Positions 63,461-64,000 of a DNA stretch of 64,000 bases are shown here, in pieces. The notes below the pieces were generated by a model that searched no databases, had not been told where the DNA came from, and saw only the letters and a program-made list of their open reading frames with translations. The stretch lies in the NCBI GenBank assembly GCA_038087875.1, contig CM075993.1, positions 8,496,001-8,560,000 of the forward strand, read 5' to 3'. The translations under genes and the position numbers were made by a program. This DNA is from Malacoraja senta (taxonomy: Eukaryota). Every line of letters begins with the position of its first letter. The stretch's first letter is position 1.

Positions 63461-63757
63461 GGGGCGGCACGGTGGCACAGTGGTGGAGTTGCTGCCTTAC
63501 AGCATTTGCCGCGCTGGAGAACCGAGTTCGATCCTGTTTAAGGGTGCCATCTGTACGGAGTTTGTACATTCTCCCCGTGATCTGCATGGGTTTTCTGCGA
63601 GACATTCGGTTTCCTCCTACATGCCAAAGATGTGCAGGTTTGTAGGTTAATCGGCTTGGTATAAGTGTAAAATAGTTCCCAGTGCATGTAGGATAGTGTT
63701 AATGTGTCATCGCGGGGCCGAAGGGCCTGTTTCCGCACTGTATCTCTAAACTAAAAA
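63461..63757 (+). mobile_element. HE1/V-SINE, near full length
   Basis: A box tggcacagtgg, B box gagttcgatcc, V-domain, and CR1-like tail gggccgaagggcctgtttccgcactgtatctctaaactaaa. Confidence 0.88.
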
Positions 63758-64000
63758 CGAAATATCTTTGAGCCACGATCTTTAGGAAACACAGCACACT
63801 CCTCTGCCAGCTATAATGATTCAATGAGGAATGTGTTTGGGTTCTGTTGGCCTGTTCTGTAAATGTTCAGGCATCATACTATGGAACCACTTATTAGCTG
63901 GTTGGAAATAAGATCATATAGCTAAATGCTTAATATAGTTTGCTTTTATAATAAAAACCAAAATGTGCAGCAGGTCAGGTAATGAGGAGGAAGAAAGAGA

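Noticed and set aside
63461..63540. tRNA gene (A and B boxes)
   Set aside because: It is the tRNA-derived head of a V-SINE, continuing into the V-domain and a LINE-like tail.

Overview
Vertebrate genomic DNA; the repeat set (HE1/V-SINEs, CR1, Rex1/Babar, Penelope) points to a cartilaginous fish, probably a skate or ray. The only host gene is ZNF609 on the + strand, with four phase-consistent GT-AG coding exons (41371-41458, 45783-48237, 60199-60580, 61113-61288). Its upstream and terminal exons were not found in the window. The rest is intronic and repeat-rich: CR1 and Rex1/Babar LINE fragments, V-SINEs, a decayed Tc1 IR/DR transposon, a Harbinger-like MITE, a Gypsy pol fragment bracketed by 84-bp inverted repeats, and a Penelope-like element (PLE). 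The main finding is that the PLE 3' end carries a minimal hammerhead-ribozyme motif (CTGAAGA-A-GGGT-NNCG-ACCC-GAAACGTY). The same ~100-bp module is scattered through the window about 20 times, often as ~200-240 bp fold-back insertions with 10-15 bp target-site duplications. Other findings are nested insertions, a perfect 68-bp templated inversion, a dense TEAD-motif cluster and a 13-Ser tract in ZNF609. All family assignments come from recognising motifs by eye; no searches were run.
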